From the NCBI GenBank assembly GCA_963677895.2, contig CAXXGJ010000006.1, positions 384,001 through 448,000 on the forward strand: a stretch of 64,000 nucleotides of DNA, read 5' to 3'. A program made the translations under genes and the position numbers. The notes below the pieces were generated by a model. It did not search any database. It was not told where the DNA came from and worked only from the letters and a program-made list of their open reading frames with translations. Of this stretch, positions 1 to 9,407 are shown in pieces. The first letter of the stretch is position 1; every line of letters starts with the position of its first letter. Source of the stretch: Treponemataceae bacterium. GTDB lineage: Bacteria > Spirochaetota > Spirochaetia > Treponematales > Rectinemataceae.

Positions 1-359
1 TGAGTGAAGGGAGACTCGTCGCCGTTCAGGGTTTTTAGGAAGGGGAATACCTTCGTCTGCACATGATTGAGCATTTCCTCGGCCGGCATCCTCTTGAAGT
101 AACTCCAGCGCAGAGTTTTCCTATCCACCTTTTGATCCGTTCCCGGTATGGTGAATTTGCCCGAGAATTTGGAAATGTACTTCTCTTCGGTAAACTTGGC
201 GTCAGCCATTCGTTTCAGATCCAAGTCATCCAGGCGCTTCATGAAAAGGAGATAGGTAATCTGTTCGATCGCCGTGAGGGGGTTGGCTATGCCCCCTGCC
301 CAAAATTTGTCCCAGAGCTGGCTGATCTTGCCCTTGATCGCCGAATTGTTCTGCAGCAT
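1..359 (-). CDS. hsdM: Type I restriction-modification methyltransferase subunit M, 5' part (runs off window start)
   Basis: Not in the ORF track. Manual translation from ATG at 359 gives MLQNNSAIKGKISQLWDKFWAGGIANPLTAIEQITYLLFMKRLD...LRWSYFKRMPAEEMLNHVQTKVFPFLK, an HsdM N-terminal signature; it starts 1 nt after the hsdR stop. Confidence 0.9.
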   Translation of the reverse strand, partial: MLQNNSAIKGKISQLWDKFWAGGIANPLTAIEQITYLLFMKRLDDLDLKRMADAKFTEEKYISKFSGKFTIPGTDQKVDRKTLRWSYFKRMPAEEMLNHVQTKVFPFLKTLNGDESPFT

Positions 360-360
360 T

Positions 361-3156
361 TTATGCGGCCACCTTTTTTGTCAGTTCGATAATTTCCCTG
401 ATTTCGGACTCCGTGAAAAGCCCCCGGATGCCCTGGGGATGGATCAGGGTAAAAGGTGATTCTATCAGGTCTTGTTTCCGCACCTGCTCTTTTTCAAGAA
501 TAAAGTCCTTCAACAGCACCAAAAAATCTAATTGACGTGACGACAAATATGAATGTTCATGGATGAACTGGTCAAAAGCCTTCTCGACCGTTTCCGGGAA
601 GCTTTCCAGAATCTCGAGGCCGAGGATGTGCCTGATGAACTGTAGAAACCTGGCTTTGCGGTTGTGATAGACATTCTTGAGCAGGTCTTCGGTGATATGG
701 GGATGCTCATCGTGCAAAAGCGTGGCCAGTTCCTCGGCTTCCGCCGCGCTTATTTCCTGGCCGAGTTTAATCTTCTGCAATATAGGATTGCTCAAGGTCA
801 ATTCCATGATAAGTTTTTCGACCATCTCGCGGTATTTCGAGACGCTCACCGCGGAATACTCAGGCCCGAATTCCACCATTTCCTTGGTTTTCACCAGGTC
901 GGTGAAGTCGAATTTGGCTGGTCCTAGTAGCTGATTCCCGTCATCCCGGAACTTCATCAACGTTGACAGCTTTTCATCCAATTCATCAAAGGTTCCATCG
1001 TCGGCCAGAGACCAGAAATGAGCCGTCTGGGCAATTTTGATGATCGCCTCCTCCCTGGCCACGGTGTTGACCGAAAGGGGGAGCTCTCCAATCATTTCGA
1101 CAATGTTGTCCTTGAGCGTTTCATACTTTTCCTTTTCATCCGCGAGCTTGGCCAAAGATGTTTCAAGGAGGTCTTTGCGAAAGCGCAAGGCCTTGAAATC
1201 GGTTTGCGACACTGTTCTGAAAAGCGGCTTTATCGTCGTTCGCAAAAACTCGATTTTTTCGTGAGTCAGGCGCGTCCAGAAGTTTTCGTCCACAATTTTC
1301 CCGAGATCGGCGGCCGCTTCCTGGATCAGCACCGAGTTTGCGGGCAGCTCTTCTATCTGCTTTCTAAGCTTTCCTATTTCCTTTTCCGCGATCTGCAAGC
1401 TCTGTATATCGATCGCTTTTTCGATCTTATCCAGCCTGAGACCCACGAAACGAACGGGAAGGGGAATCTGCGCGATGGCACTTTTCCCTTCGGGATTAAG
1501 CTTGAAGTATTCGAAGTTGTCCCAGCAATCCAGAATGAGGAATACATCCTTTTGGGTGCACCAGGGCTTAATCTTTTTAGGCTCTAAAAGACGAGTACCG
1601 CGTCCGATCATCTGCCAGAACTTGGTATATGAATAGACGGGCTTAGCAAATACCAGATTCACGATTTCATGGATATCTATGCCGGTATCCAGCATATCGA
1701 CGCTCAAGGCTATTCGTGGCATGTCATTTTTCTTGAATTGAGCGAGTAGGCCGCTTGGGCCATAGACTCGCGAGTCATCGGACACCAAGACTTTCGCCAG
1801 CTCTCCACGATATTCGGGATAGAGCGCGTCGAATATCTGTTCGATCCTCCAGGCATGGGACATGGAAGAACAGAAGAATATGGTTTTACCGGGAAGCACG
1901 CCGTTCGAATCCTTTATCGATTCTTCCATGAACTCCTTGACGATGAGCGCGTTCGTGCCGCGGTTGATGACGGTTTTCTCTATCTCGGTGCCTTCGAAAT
2001 TGATTTCCTCGACTTCTTTGCCTTCCAGGATCAGTTTTTTCTGATCTTCCAGGGAGATGGTCCTTTTGCTGATTCCTTCATCCTGAAATTTGGTGTGAAT
2101 TTTCATCACCTGGAAATTGCAGAGATAGGGCGGGACGTGGTTGACCGCTTCCTCATAGGTGTAGGCAAAGGTTGGCAGCCCGTCGTCGCAGTTGAAAAGC
2201 CTGAATGTATTGTGATCGATGATATCCGTCGGCGTCGCCGTGAGTCCAAGGCTGATTGCCTTGAAGTAATCCAGCACCTCGCCATAGGTGTTGTAGATGG
2301 AGCGATGGCTTTCATCGATGACGATCAGGTCGAAAAAATGCGGTGAGAGTGTATTCGCTTCATCCCTGATAATATTGAGCATCGTCGGATAGGTGGAAAC
2401 ATAGATACGGCGGTCTTTGGTTATGAGCTTTTCGCCTTCCTTGGGCCAGCGCGGCTCATTGGGCAGATGCTCCTTGAAGGCATTAAGCCCCTGGTCCCGA
2501 AGAGCGATTCTATCCACCAAAAATAAAACCCGTTCAACATATCCCGCCCGCATGAGCGCGTCGACGAGGGCGATGCAGGTTCGGGTTTTCCCTGTTCCGG
2601 TGGCCATGACAAGGAGGAAATTCCGCCTTTTCTTCTCAATTCCTTCCATCACCGAACGGATGGCGTGAATCTGATAATCGCGCCCGGCTATTTCGGTATT
2701 GATGAATTCATCGGCCAGGGGTTTTCTTCGTTCCCGAAGATTCCTGAATCGCTCCAAATCGTCCAGCGTCGGGAAACCAACGACTTTTCGGGGCGGATAA
2801 TTCTCCAGGTCCCAATAATAAATCTCGTAGCCGTTGGTATAGAAGCAGAACGGCAATTCTCCGCCATGCTGGTCTTTAATATGGTAACAATACTGCTTCG
2901 CCTGCTCGCGCCCGACCTCAGCGTCTTTGGATGTCTTTTTCGCCTCGACGACAGCCAAAGGGCGCGCATCCCTTCCGATGAGAACATAATCGCTGAACTG
3001 ATGGCCTTCGTAGGGAGTGCGCGGCTCAGCGACGGCTTCCGGCAATGGAACGGATATATCGAATTCTTTCGATACCTGGCTCAGGTTGTCCACATCCCAG
3101 CCCGCGGCTTTCAGCTTCTTGTCGATAAGTTCTTTTCTGGTATCGGCTTCGTTCAT
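361..3156 (-). CDS. hsdR: Type I restriction enzyme R subunit (EcoAI/EcoEI-like)
   Basis: 931 aa; nuclease motif SDYVL...VVEAKK, Walker A MATGTGKT, DESHR helicase box, LTATP, QMIGRGTR; followed by hsdM. Confidence 0.95.
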   Translation of the reverse strand: MNEADTRKELIDKKLKAAGWDVDNLSQVSKEFDISVPLPEAVAEPRTPYEGHQFSDYVLIGRDARPLAVVEAKKTSKDAEVGREQAKQYCYHIKDQHGGELPFCFYTNGYEIYYWDLENYPPRKVVGFPTLDDLERFRNLRERRKPLADEFINTEIAGRDYQIHAIRSVMEGIEKKRRNFLLVMATGTGKTRTCIALVDALMRAGYVERVLFLVDRIALRDQGLNAFKEHLPNEPRWPKEGEKLITKDRRIYVSTYPTMLNIIRDEANTLSPHFFDLIVIDESHRSIYNTYGEVLDYFKAISLGLTATPTDIIDHNTFRLFNCDDGLPTFAYTYEEAVNHVPPYLCNFQVMKIHTKFQDEGISKRTISLEDQKKLILEGKEVEEINFEGTEIEKTVINRGTNALIVKEFMEESIKDSNGVLPGKTIFFCSSMSHAWRIEQIFDALYPEYRGELAKVLVSDDSRVYGPSGLLAQFKKNDMPRIALSVDMLDTGIDIHEIVNLVFAKPVYSYTKFWQMIGRGTRLLEPKKIKPWCTQKDVFLILDCWDNFEYFKLNPEGKSAIAQIPLPVRFVGLRLDKIEKAIDIQSLQIAEKEIGKLRKQIEELPANSVLIQEAAADLGKIVDENFWTRLTHEKIEFLRTTIKPLFRTVSQTDFKALRFRKDLLETSLAKLADEKEKYETLKDNIVEMIGELPLSVNTVAREEAIIKIAQTAHFWSLADDGTFDELDEKLSTLMKFRDDGNQLLGPAKFDFTDLVKTKEMVEFGPEYSAVSVSKYREMVEKLIMELTLSNPILQKIKLGQEISAAEAEELATLLHDEHPHITEDLLKNVYHNRKARFLQFIRHILGLEILESFPETVEKAFDQFIHEHSYLSSRQLDFLVLLKDFILEKEQVRKQDLIESPFTLIHPQGIRGLFTESEIREIIELTKKVAA

Positions 3157-3361
3157 GGTGTTATCAATTCCGTGAGATCCTTGTTTTTATTTTTCCAGTC
3201 ATCAGTCAAGCACGGAGCGCCTGGGCAGTCAAGGAATTTCCCGAAGGGATCTTTTTTCTTGACAGGAGTCCGAAGCGCGGCAAATATGACACTGGCAAAA
3301 AACTCCATATAAAAAAGGGCTTGAGCCCTTTCGTTGGACTACAGGTCACAGGATGCGCGGA

Positions 3362-4642
3362 ATGGGAATCATGGACGGGAAAAAACCGAGTCTGCGGGAA
3401 AAATTGAGGGCGAGAAAGATCGGAAGACCGCCGCTGGTCCCTTATTTGGCGCTGGGGTACATCTGGAAGCTGCTGTTCGAGAAGAAACTCAACGTCCGCT
3501 ACGATTATAAAATCGACCTCAAGGACTACCGAAAGGGTCCCTATATCGTCGTGAGCAATCACGCGTCCCGCCTCGACTATATCTATACCGGATGCGCTTT
3601 CCTGCCATATAGGCTGAACTATGTCGCGGGCTACAACGAATTCTTCAGGTCGCATCTGGCCTTCATTTTCAGGATGCTGCAGATAATTCCCAAGAAGAAT
3701 TTCACGCCCGACCTCTACACGATCAAGGAAATGCACAGGATCATCGACGGGGGAGGCAAGGTCATCATTTTCCCCGAAGGGATGAGCTCTATTGGCGGCG
3801 GCAACCAGCCCTGCGCCATCGGTTCGGGCAAAATGCTGAAGCATTTCGGCGTGCCTGTCCTCGTGACAAGAATATCGGGCGGCTATCTCACGAATACCAA
3901 GTATTGCCTGGATGAACGTCACGGCAAGGTCGAGGTCGTCATCGATAAGCTTTTCGAGCCCGAGGAGCTCGAAAAAATGACCGAAGAGGAAATCGAGGAT
4001 AGGCTGCATAAAGCCATACGAAATGACGATTACGCCTGGAACAAGGCGGCGCGCGTGAAGTTCGACGGCAAGGGCCGGATGGCTCACAACATGCATCATC
4101 TCCTGTACTGGTGCCCGAAATGCGGCGCCGAGTTCGCGATGAGCGGCTCCGGCGACGTCATAAAGTGCCGCGCCTGCGGCAACGGCGCCACGGTGAACGA
4201 TTATTACGATCTGATTCCGCTGGACGATACCTGCGTGATTCCCGAAACCCCGAAAGTCTGGTTCGACCTGGAGCGGAAGAAGGAATACGGAGAACTGCTG
4301 AAGGACGGCTACGAACTTCGGGAAAACGTAAAGCTGGGTGTTCTGCCCGGCTTTGAGTTCTTGAAGGACCAGAAGACCTCGGAAATCGTCGGCGCGGGCC
4401 AGCTGAGGCTCGACAGGCAGGGGTTGCACTACGACGGCACGAGGGATGGCGGGCATTTCGAGATACATATGCCGCCCGCCCTGCTGCCGACTTACGGCAT
4501 GTGCACCGACGTGACTTTCTTCTCGACGTATTACAGGGACGAGTACTTCGAATTCATACCCGAGCGCGAATCCACCGCCAAGTGGCTGTTGGCCACCGAG
4601 GAGAACCATCGTCTCTCGGGCGGCAAGTGGCGGGCGTTGTAG
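3362..4642 (+). CDS. Lysophospholipid/1-acyl-G3P acyltransferase family protein with C-terminal Zn-ribbon
   Basis: NHASRLD (HX4D) and FPEG motifs; CPKC...CRAC. Start uncertain (3353/3362/3371). Confidence 0.8.
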   Translation: MGIMDGKKPSLREKLRARKIGRPPLVPYLALGYIWKLLFEKKLNVRYDYKIDLKDYRKGPYIVVSNHASRLDYIYTGCAFLPYRLNYVAGYNEFFRSHLAFIFRMLQIIPKKNFTPDLYTIKEMHRIIDGGGKVIIFPEGMSSIGGGNQPCAIGSGKMLKHFGVPVLVTRISGGYLTNTKYCLDERHGKVEVVIDKLFEPEELEKMTEEEIEDRLHKAIRNDDYAWNKAARVKFDGKGRMAHNMHHLLYWCPKCGAEFAMSGSGDVIKCRACGNGATVNDYYDLIPLDDTCVIPETPKVWFDLERKKEYGELLKDGYELRENVKLGVLPGFEFLKDQKTSEIVGAGQLRLDRQGLHYDGTRDGGHFEIHMPPALLPTYGMCTDVTFFSTYYRDEYFEFIPERESTAKWLLATEENHRLSGGKWRAL

Positions 4643-4675
4643 GGGGTTTTGTCCGCGGGAAAAGTTTTCGTTCAG

Positions 4676-6091
4676 CTATTTTTGCCGTTTTTCCATCGAT
4701 AGTTCTTCTATGCAGTGAACGAATTCGCGCTTGAGATCCTCGTCCAGGGATTCGATCGCCGCCTTTCGGTTGCGGCCGAAGGTCGAGAGGCGCTCGGTGG
4801 CGGGAATCGGTTCACCGACGATGACGGTCGCGCGCTTTCCCTTAATGCCGACGCGATCACTTATGTTGCCGCCTTTAAGGCGCGATATGAGATCGTAATA
4901 GTTCTGGGCGGTTTCGATATACCTTTCGAGAGGATCGTCTTCTCGCAGGCGCTCGAAGTCCAGGTAATACGCGAGGTCGACCAGTTCCATGTGGCGCGAA
5001 ACATACCAGGCTTCTCCGGCGACGCGGTCGGCCAGGGCTTTTTGGAGGCCGGGAAGGGTTTTGGGATCGGGAAGGTCTTCGCGGAAGATCCTGTCCCAGC
5101 CGGTCTGCCGGATCTTGTAGACGCGTCTGATCATGTCGCCGTCGGGTGTGAGGTGGAAGGCTTTTTCGGCTGTCGAGAGGGCGGCGCCGCAGAGGTCGTC
5201 GAGCCGCTCCTTTCTGGAGGGATTCCCCGGGCGGGGAAGGGTCGCTGCGTAAAAACGGGTGTAATGGCGTTCGGCGGCCTCGAGGATGGCGTCGGCGGCC
5301 GCCGAAAGGCGGCTGAAGCGCGAACCAAGCCGCGATGTCCCGGCGACTGGGGCGTCGGCCGTCCCGCTGGCAGTCCCGGTGGCCGGCGCGGCGATGCCGC
5401 ATTCCTGCTCAATCGTCTCGATGAGGCGGTCGAGCCGTTTTTCGGCTTCCTTGTCCCATCGATGATGGATGGAAATGGGTAGAATCACCACCTTTTCGCC
5501 GCGCTTTTCCCTCGCGAGGTCGGCCGCGCACCACGCGCAGATGTGGGAAGTGCCCGACTCGAGGCGGGGGAGTCCATCGCTCGTGTAGGAAACCTGGCCT
5601 TCTGGCGCCAGGGCGAGCGGGTAATCGCCGTCCTTCATCAGCGAGCGTATCAGCTCGACGCTGCCGGCGTCGAACTTGGTATGGTAGACGGGAACCGCTC
5701 CCGAGCGGGGGAGTATCCATCGCTCGAAGGCGCCGGCCCAGAGGGGCACTTCGTAGCCATGGATGAAATGGGCATGCGGCTTTCGCGCGAGATGGACTCC
5801 CTGTTTTCTGGCTTCTTCGCCGACAAGCCTGCCGATGACGTAGGCCATGAGCTGGGCCTCGTCGCCGTAAGGGTGTCGGAAGGCGATGATGAGGCGGGTT
5901 TTCATGTCGAAGAAATCCCTGTAGGCGTCCACGATCCGTTCCGCGTGCCTCAGCTCGACGGAGCGGAAGCCGAGAGCGGCGCGGAGGTAGAGGGGCGAGA
6001 TGAACTTGAAAAATGAGACGATGGCCGGCCTGACTCCTGACGGGGCGAGGTTCCGCCTGGACCGGGCGGCGGCGATCGGTTTCGGGATCAC
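4676..6091 (-). CDS. Glycerolipid acyltransferase family protein
   Basis: RHPYGDE (HX3-4D variant) and LAPEGQ motifs; probable GTG start at 6091 overlapping the asnA stop (GTGA); the longer ORF extension to 6868 overlaps asnA in another frame. Confidence 0.75.
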   Translation of the reverse strand: MIPKPIAAARSRRNLAPSGVRPAIVSFFKFISPLYLRAALGFRSVELRHAERIVDAYRDFFDMKTRLIIAFRHPYGDEAQLMAYVIGRLVGEEARKQGVHLARKPHAHFIHGYEVPLWAGAFERWILPRSGAVPVYHTKFDAGSVELIRSLMKDGDYPLALAPEGQVSYTSDGLPRLESGTSHICAWCAADLAREKRGEKVVILPISIHHRWDKEAEKRLDRLIETIEQECGIAAPATGTASGTADAPVAGTSRLGSRFSRLSAAADAILEAAERHYTRFYAATLPRPGNPSRKERLDDLCGAALSTAEKAFHLTPDGDMIRRVYKIRQTGWDRIFREDLPDPKTLPGLQKALADRVAGEAWYVSRHMELVDLAYYLDFERLREDDPLERYIETAQNYYDLISRLKGGNISDRVGIKGKRATVIVGEPIPATERLSTFGRNRKAAIESLDEDLKREFVHCIEELSMEKRQK

Positions 6092-7122
6092 AGGAGGGGA
6101 ATGCCGGCGGCAAGGCAATCCTTGCGCATATCTTCGGGCCAGAGCCCTACCTGAATTTCGCCGATATGGGCTTTCCTTAGAACGTACATGCAGAGCCTCG
6201 ACTGGCCGATCCCGCCGCCGATGGACAGGGGCAGGCTGCCTTCGAGAAGGCGTCGGTGGAAATAGAGATTTTTTCTCGATTCCTGGCCGGTCAGGGCGAG
6301 CTGTCGTTCCAGGGCGGCGGGATCCACGCGGATGCCCATGGAGGATATCTCGAATGAGGCTCCAATGATGTCGTTCCATATGATGATGTCGCCGTTCAGG
6401 CCCTTGAAGCCGTCGGCCGTGGGCGTGCTCCAGTCGTCGTAGTCGGGGGCGCGCTTGTCGTGCGGCATTCCGTCGGCCAGGTTCCCTCCGATCCCGATGA
6501 GGAAGATGGCGCCGTACTCTTTCGCGAGGGCGTCCTCGCGCTGCTTGGGGCTCAGGCTCGGGTAGCGTGCGAGGGCTTCCTCGGCATGGATGAAGGTGAT
6601 CTCGTCGGGCAGATCTATGGGGAGGGCCGGGTAGAGGTCGTGCATGCGGAATTCCAGGCGCTTTATGGCCGAGTAGATCCGCTTGACGGTGGCCTTGAGG
6701 AAGCCCAGCTTGCGTTCGGAGTCGTCGATGACGCGTTCCCAGTCCCATTGGTCGACATAGAGCGAGTGGATGGGATCCAGATCCTCGTCGGCGCGGATGG
6801 CGTTCATGTCCGTATAGATTCCGAAGCCTTTCTTGAAGCCATATTCGGCAAGCGCGAGGCGTTTCCATTTGGCGAGGGAGTGGACGATTTCGGCTCTCGC
6901 GTCTCCCATGGCCTTGACGGGGAAGGCGACGGCCCGTTCCGTCCCGTTCAGGTCGTCGTTTATTCCCAGACCCGCGAGCACGAAAAGGGGAGCGGTCACC
7001 CGGGTGAGCTTGAGTTCGGTGGCGAGGCTGAGCTGGAAAAAATCCTTTATCTCCATGATGGCGCGTTCGGTTTCCCTGACGCCGAGGAGAGGTTTATACC
7101 CCGCGGGATAGCTGTAGCGCAT
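6088..7122 (-). CDS. asnA: Aspartate--ammonia ligase (asparagine synthetase A)
   Basis: VHSLAKWKR, YVDQWDWE, RAPDYDDW, SIGGGIGQSR motifs; GGAGGA RBS before ATG at 7122. Confidence 0.97.
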   Translation of the reverse strand: MRYSYPAGYKPLLGVRETERAIMEIKDFFQLSLATELKLTRVTAPLFVLAGLGINDDLNGTERAVAFPVKAMGDARAEIVHSLAKWKRLALAEYGFKKGFGIYTDMNAIRADEDLDPIHSLYVDQWDWERVIDDSERKLGFLKATVKRIYSAIKRLEFRMHDLYPALPIDLPDEITFIHAEEALARYPSLSPKQREDALAKEYGAIFLIGIGGNLADGMPHDKRAPDYDDWSTPTADGFKGLNGDIIIWNDIIGASFEISSMGIRVDPAALERQLALTGQESRKNLYFHRRLLEGSLPLSIGGGIGQSRLCMYVLRKAHIGEIQVGLWPEDMRKDCLAAGIPLL

Positions 7123-7262
7123 GTATCCTCCTGAAAGGAATATAGTCGGGGAAAAGGCCGTACATGTCAATGAAGGCGTTCGATGGTATATATAGGAAAG
7201 CCGTGGTACAATGGCGCAAATAGCATCTACCTTAATTTTCCCTTCGAGAGGCTGGATACATC

Positions 7263-9194
7263 ATGACCGAATCCAAGATCGTGGCGATATTGCCCAATAG
7301 CATCATTGTCGAAAAACTGCGCCAGGTGCAGCTGCGGTCGGGTTTCGACTTTCCCGTCTACCAGAAACAGGTGGGCGACGCGCTGGAACTGGCCAGGAAG
7401 TGCATCGACGAGGGCGCCAAGGTGATCATAAGCAGGGGGCTCACCGCGACCTACCTGCGCAATTATCTGGACATTCCCGTCGTCGAGGTGGAATACGATT
7501 TCTTCCAGTTCGCCTACGCCCTGCGGAGCGCCCTCGAGTTTTCCGATAATGTGGCGATCGTCGGTTTCATCGATGCGTACAGGCTGGCCGAGCGCGCCAT
7601 CGAGTTCGTCGCTAAAAAAGGCGAGCAGGTGCGAGTCAGCATCCTTTCGGATGCCGCCTATGTGGAGCAGAAGGTCAGGCAGCTGGGCGAGAGCGGTGTC
7701 GGGGTTTTCATCGGCGGGAACACGGTGGTTCTGAACGCTTTCAAGCAGGGGTACCAGGGCGTCTATGTCGAGCCCGACGACAAGGTGCTCGAGGCTGCCG
7801 TGGCGAAGGCGGTATACGAGCTCCGCATTTATCTTGACAGGGAAGAAAAGTACGAAATGATCCAGGCCATCCTCAATTGCGCCTCGAACGGCATTTTCGC
7901 CGTGGACAGCCAGGGCGCCATTTCCGTGGCCAATCCCCTCGCGCGCAAGTATTTGCAGATTACCGGCGCCGATGGTTCCGGCAAGTCCATAAAAGAGCTT
8001 CTGCCTCAGTCGAAACTGCTCAGCACGATCGCGACCGGCCAGCCCGCCGCCGACGATTTCATCAGCATCGGGAATGTGGAGCTTGTTATGAACTCGGCCC
8101 CGGTGATCGTGGACGGGGAGATCATGGGAGCGGTGGCGACGGTCCAGGAAGTGGGGCAAATCCAGGACCTGGACCGCAAGATCAGAAAAAAGATGCTTCA
8201 TAAGGGTCATACCGCCCAGAAAACCTTCGCCGACATTATCGGATCGAGCGCGGTGATGAGGGAATGCAAGAAGGTGGCGCAGAATTTCGCCAGGGTGGAC
8301 AGCACGATTCTGATTCTCGGGAAAACGGGCACGGGCAAGGAAGTTTTCGCGCAGAGCATACACAACGCGAGCAGGAGGGCAGCCAATCCTTTCGTGGCGG
8401 TGAACTGCGCCGCCTTGCCTTCCAGCCTGCTCGAGAGCGAGCTTTTTGGCTATACGAAGGGTGCCTTCACCGGCGCGCGCAACGAGGGGAAGGCGGGCAT
8501 TTTCGAACTGGCCCATACGGGTACGATTTTCCTGGACGAGATCAGCGAGATTCCGCCGGATGTGCAGGCCCGCCTTCTCCGCGTCGTTCAGGAAAAGGAG
8601 ATTACCCGCATCGGCGACGACAAGGTCATTCCCGTGGACCTGCGCATTCTGGCCGCCACCAACCGCGATCTTTTGAAAGAGGTCAGGGAAAACCGGTTCA
8701 GGGAGGATCTTTATTATCGATTGAGCGTCCTGGAACTTCATCTTCCCGAGCTGTCGGAGCGGCGGGAGGATATTCCGGATCTCGTGCGGCATTTCGTGAA
8801 GACTATCTGCGCCAACGCATCGCTGCCGCCCGTCCGCGTGACCGAGGATGCCCTGGCGACCCTCCAGAACATGACGATGAACGGCAATGTCAGACAGCTC
8901 TGCAATATCGTCGAAAAGGCTCTCGTCATCTCGAATTTCGGGACTTTTAACGGCGAATGTCTGGCCAAGACGGTGCGCGTCCATGAGAGCGGCGGCGAGG
9001 CCGCACGGGCCGCCGCAACGACGCGGACCGCCGCTTCGGCGCCGATGGGCAGCACTATCGTGGCCATGGAGCGCGACATGATCGTCCAGGCGCTGGAAGA
9101 CTGCGGCGGAAACAGGGTGGCCGCGGCCAAGCGGCTCGGTATCAGCTCGACGACGCTCTGGAGAAGGCTGAAGGAGATGGGACTCTGCCCTTGA
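7263..9194 (+). CDS. Sigma54-dependent activator, PrpR-like (PrpR N-domain, PAS, AAA+, Fis HTH)
   Basis: IISRG N-terminal motif, GKTGTGKE, ESELFG, intact GAFTGA, FLDEI, FREDLYYRL, C-terminal AAKRLGISSTTLWRRL. Confidence 0.93.
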   Translation: MTESKIVAILPNSIIVEKLRQVQLRSGFDFPVYQKQVGDALELARKCIDEGAKVIISRGLTATYLRNYLDIPVVEVEYDFFQFAYALRSALEFSDNVAIVGFIDAYRLAERAIEFVAKKGEQVRVSILSDAAYVEQKVRQLGESGVGVFIGGNTVVLNAFKQGYQGVYVEPDDKVLEAAVAKAVYELRIYLDREEKYEMIQAILNCASNGIFAVDSQGAISVANPLARKYLQITGADGSGKSIKELLPQSKLLSTIATGQPAADDFISIGNVELVMNSAPVIVDGEIMGAVATVQEVGQIQDLDRKIRKKMLHKGHTAQKTFADIIGSSAVMRECKKVAQNFARVDSTILILGKTGTGKEVFAQSIHNASRRAANPFVAVNCAALPSSLLESELFGYTKGAFTGARNEGKAGIFELAHTGTIFLDEISEIPPDVQARLLRVVQEKEITRIGDDKVIPVDLRILAATNRDLLKEVRENRFREDLYYRLSVLELHLPELSERREDIPDLVRHFVKTICANASLPPVRVTEDALATLQNMTMNGNVRQLCNIVEKALVISNFGTFNGECLAKTVRVHESGGEAARAAATTRTAASAPMGSTIVAMERDMIVQALEDCGGNRVAAAKRLGISSTTLWRRLKEMGLCP

Positions 9195-9199
9195 TGAGG

Positions 9200-9250
9200 A
9201 ATATTTCAATTTGAAATATTCAATATGAAATAGTGATTTCATATTGAAAT
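9200..9250. promoter_or_regulatory. Putative upstream activator sites (three TTCA-N3-TGAAA palindromes)
   Basis: AATATTTCAA-T-TTGAAATATT (9200-9220, perfect); TTCAATATGAAAT/ATTTCATATTGAA form a perfect 13-bp inverted repeat (9219-9248); about 110-160 bp upstream of a sigma54 promoter. Confidence 0.75.
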
Positions 9251-9358
9251 GTAGCGATTAATAAATTCTAAAATTATCGATAACCATTCGTGATTTTAAA
9301 TATATTCGGGACATATAATTATCGGTTGAAAAATTTGACATTAAATATTGCCAGGTTT

Positions 9359-9374
9359 TGGCACGTATCCTGCT
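9359..9374 (+). promoter_or_regulatory. Sigma54 -24/-12 promoter
   Basis: TGGCAC-GTATC-CTGCT matches TGGCAC-N5-TTGCW with correct GG/GC spacing, 33 bp before ATG at 9408. Confidence 0.85.
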
Positions 9375-9407
9375 AATACTATCATATATGATACTCAAGG
9401 ATTTTTT

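Noticed and set aside
120..200. Possible frameshift in hsdM
   Set aside because: Careful re-translation shows an open frame from 359 to the window edge.
3255..3350. Possible riboswitch upstream of the acyltransferase (AAAGGGCT-TG-AGCCCTTT hairpin)
   Set aside because: Only one small hairpin; I could not match any riboswitch consensus.
6092..6868. Apparent long N-terminal extension of the acyltransferase ORF
   Set aside because: Overlaps asnA in another frame and is Arg/Pro-rich junk; the real start is likely GTG at 6091. The same applies to the extensions of ORFs 52219-54231 and 62418-63995.
7227..9242. 671-aa antisense ORF, and similar ones at 3206-4609, 25104-26597, 58522-60165 and 61287-63479
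   Set aside because: Shadow frames opposite well-supported genes, expected with high GC3; no recognisable motifs.
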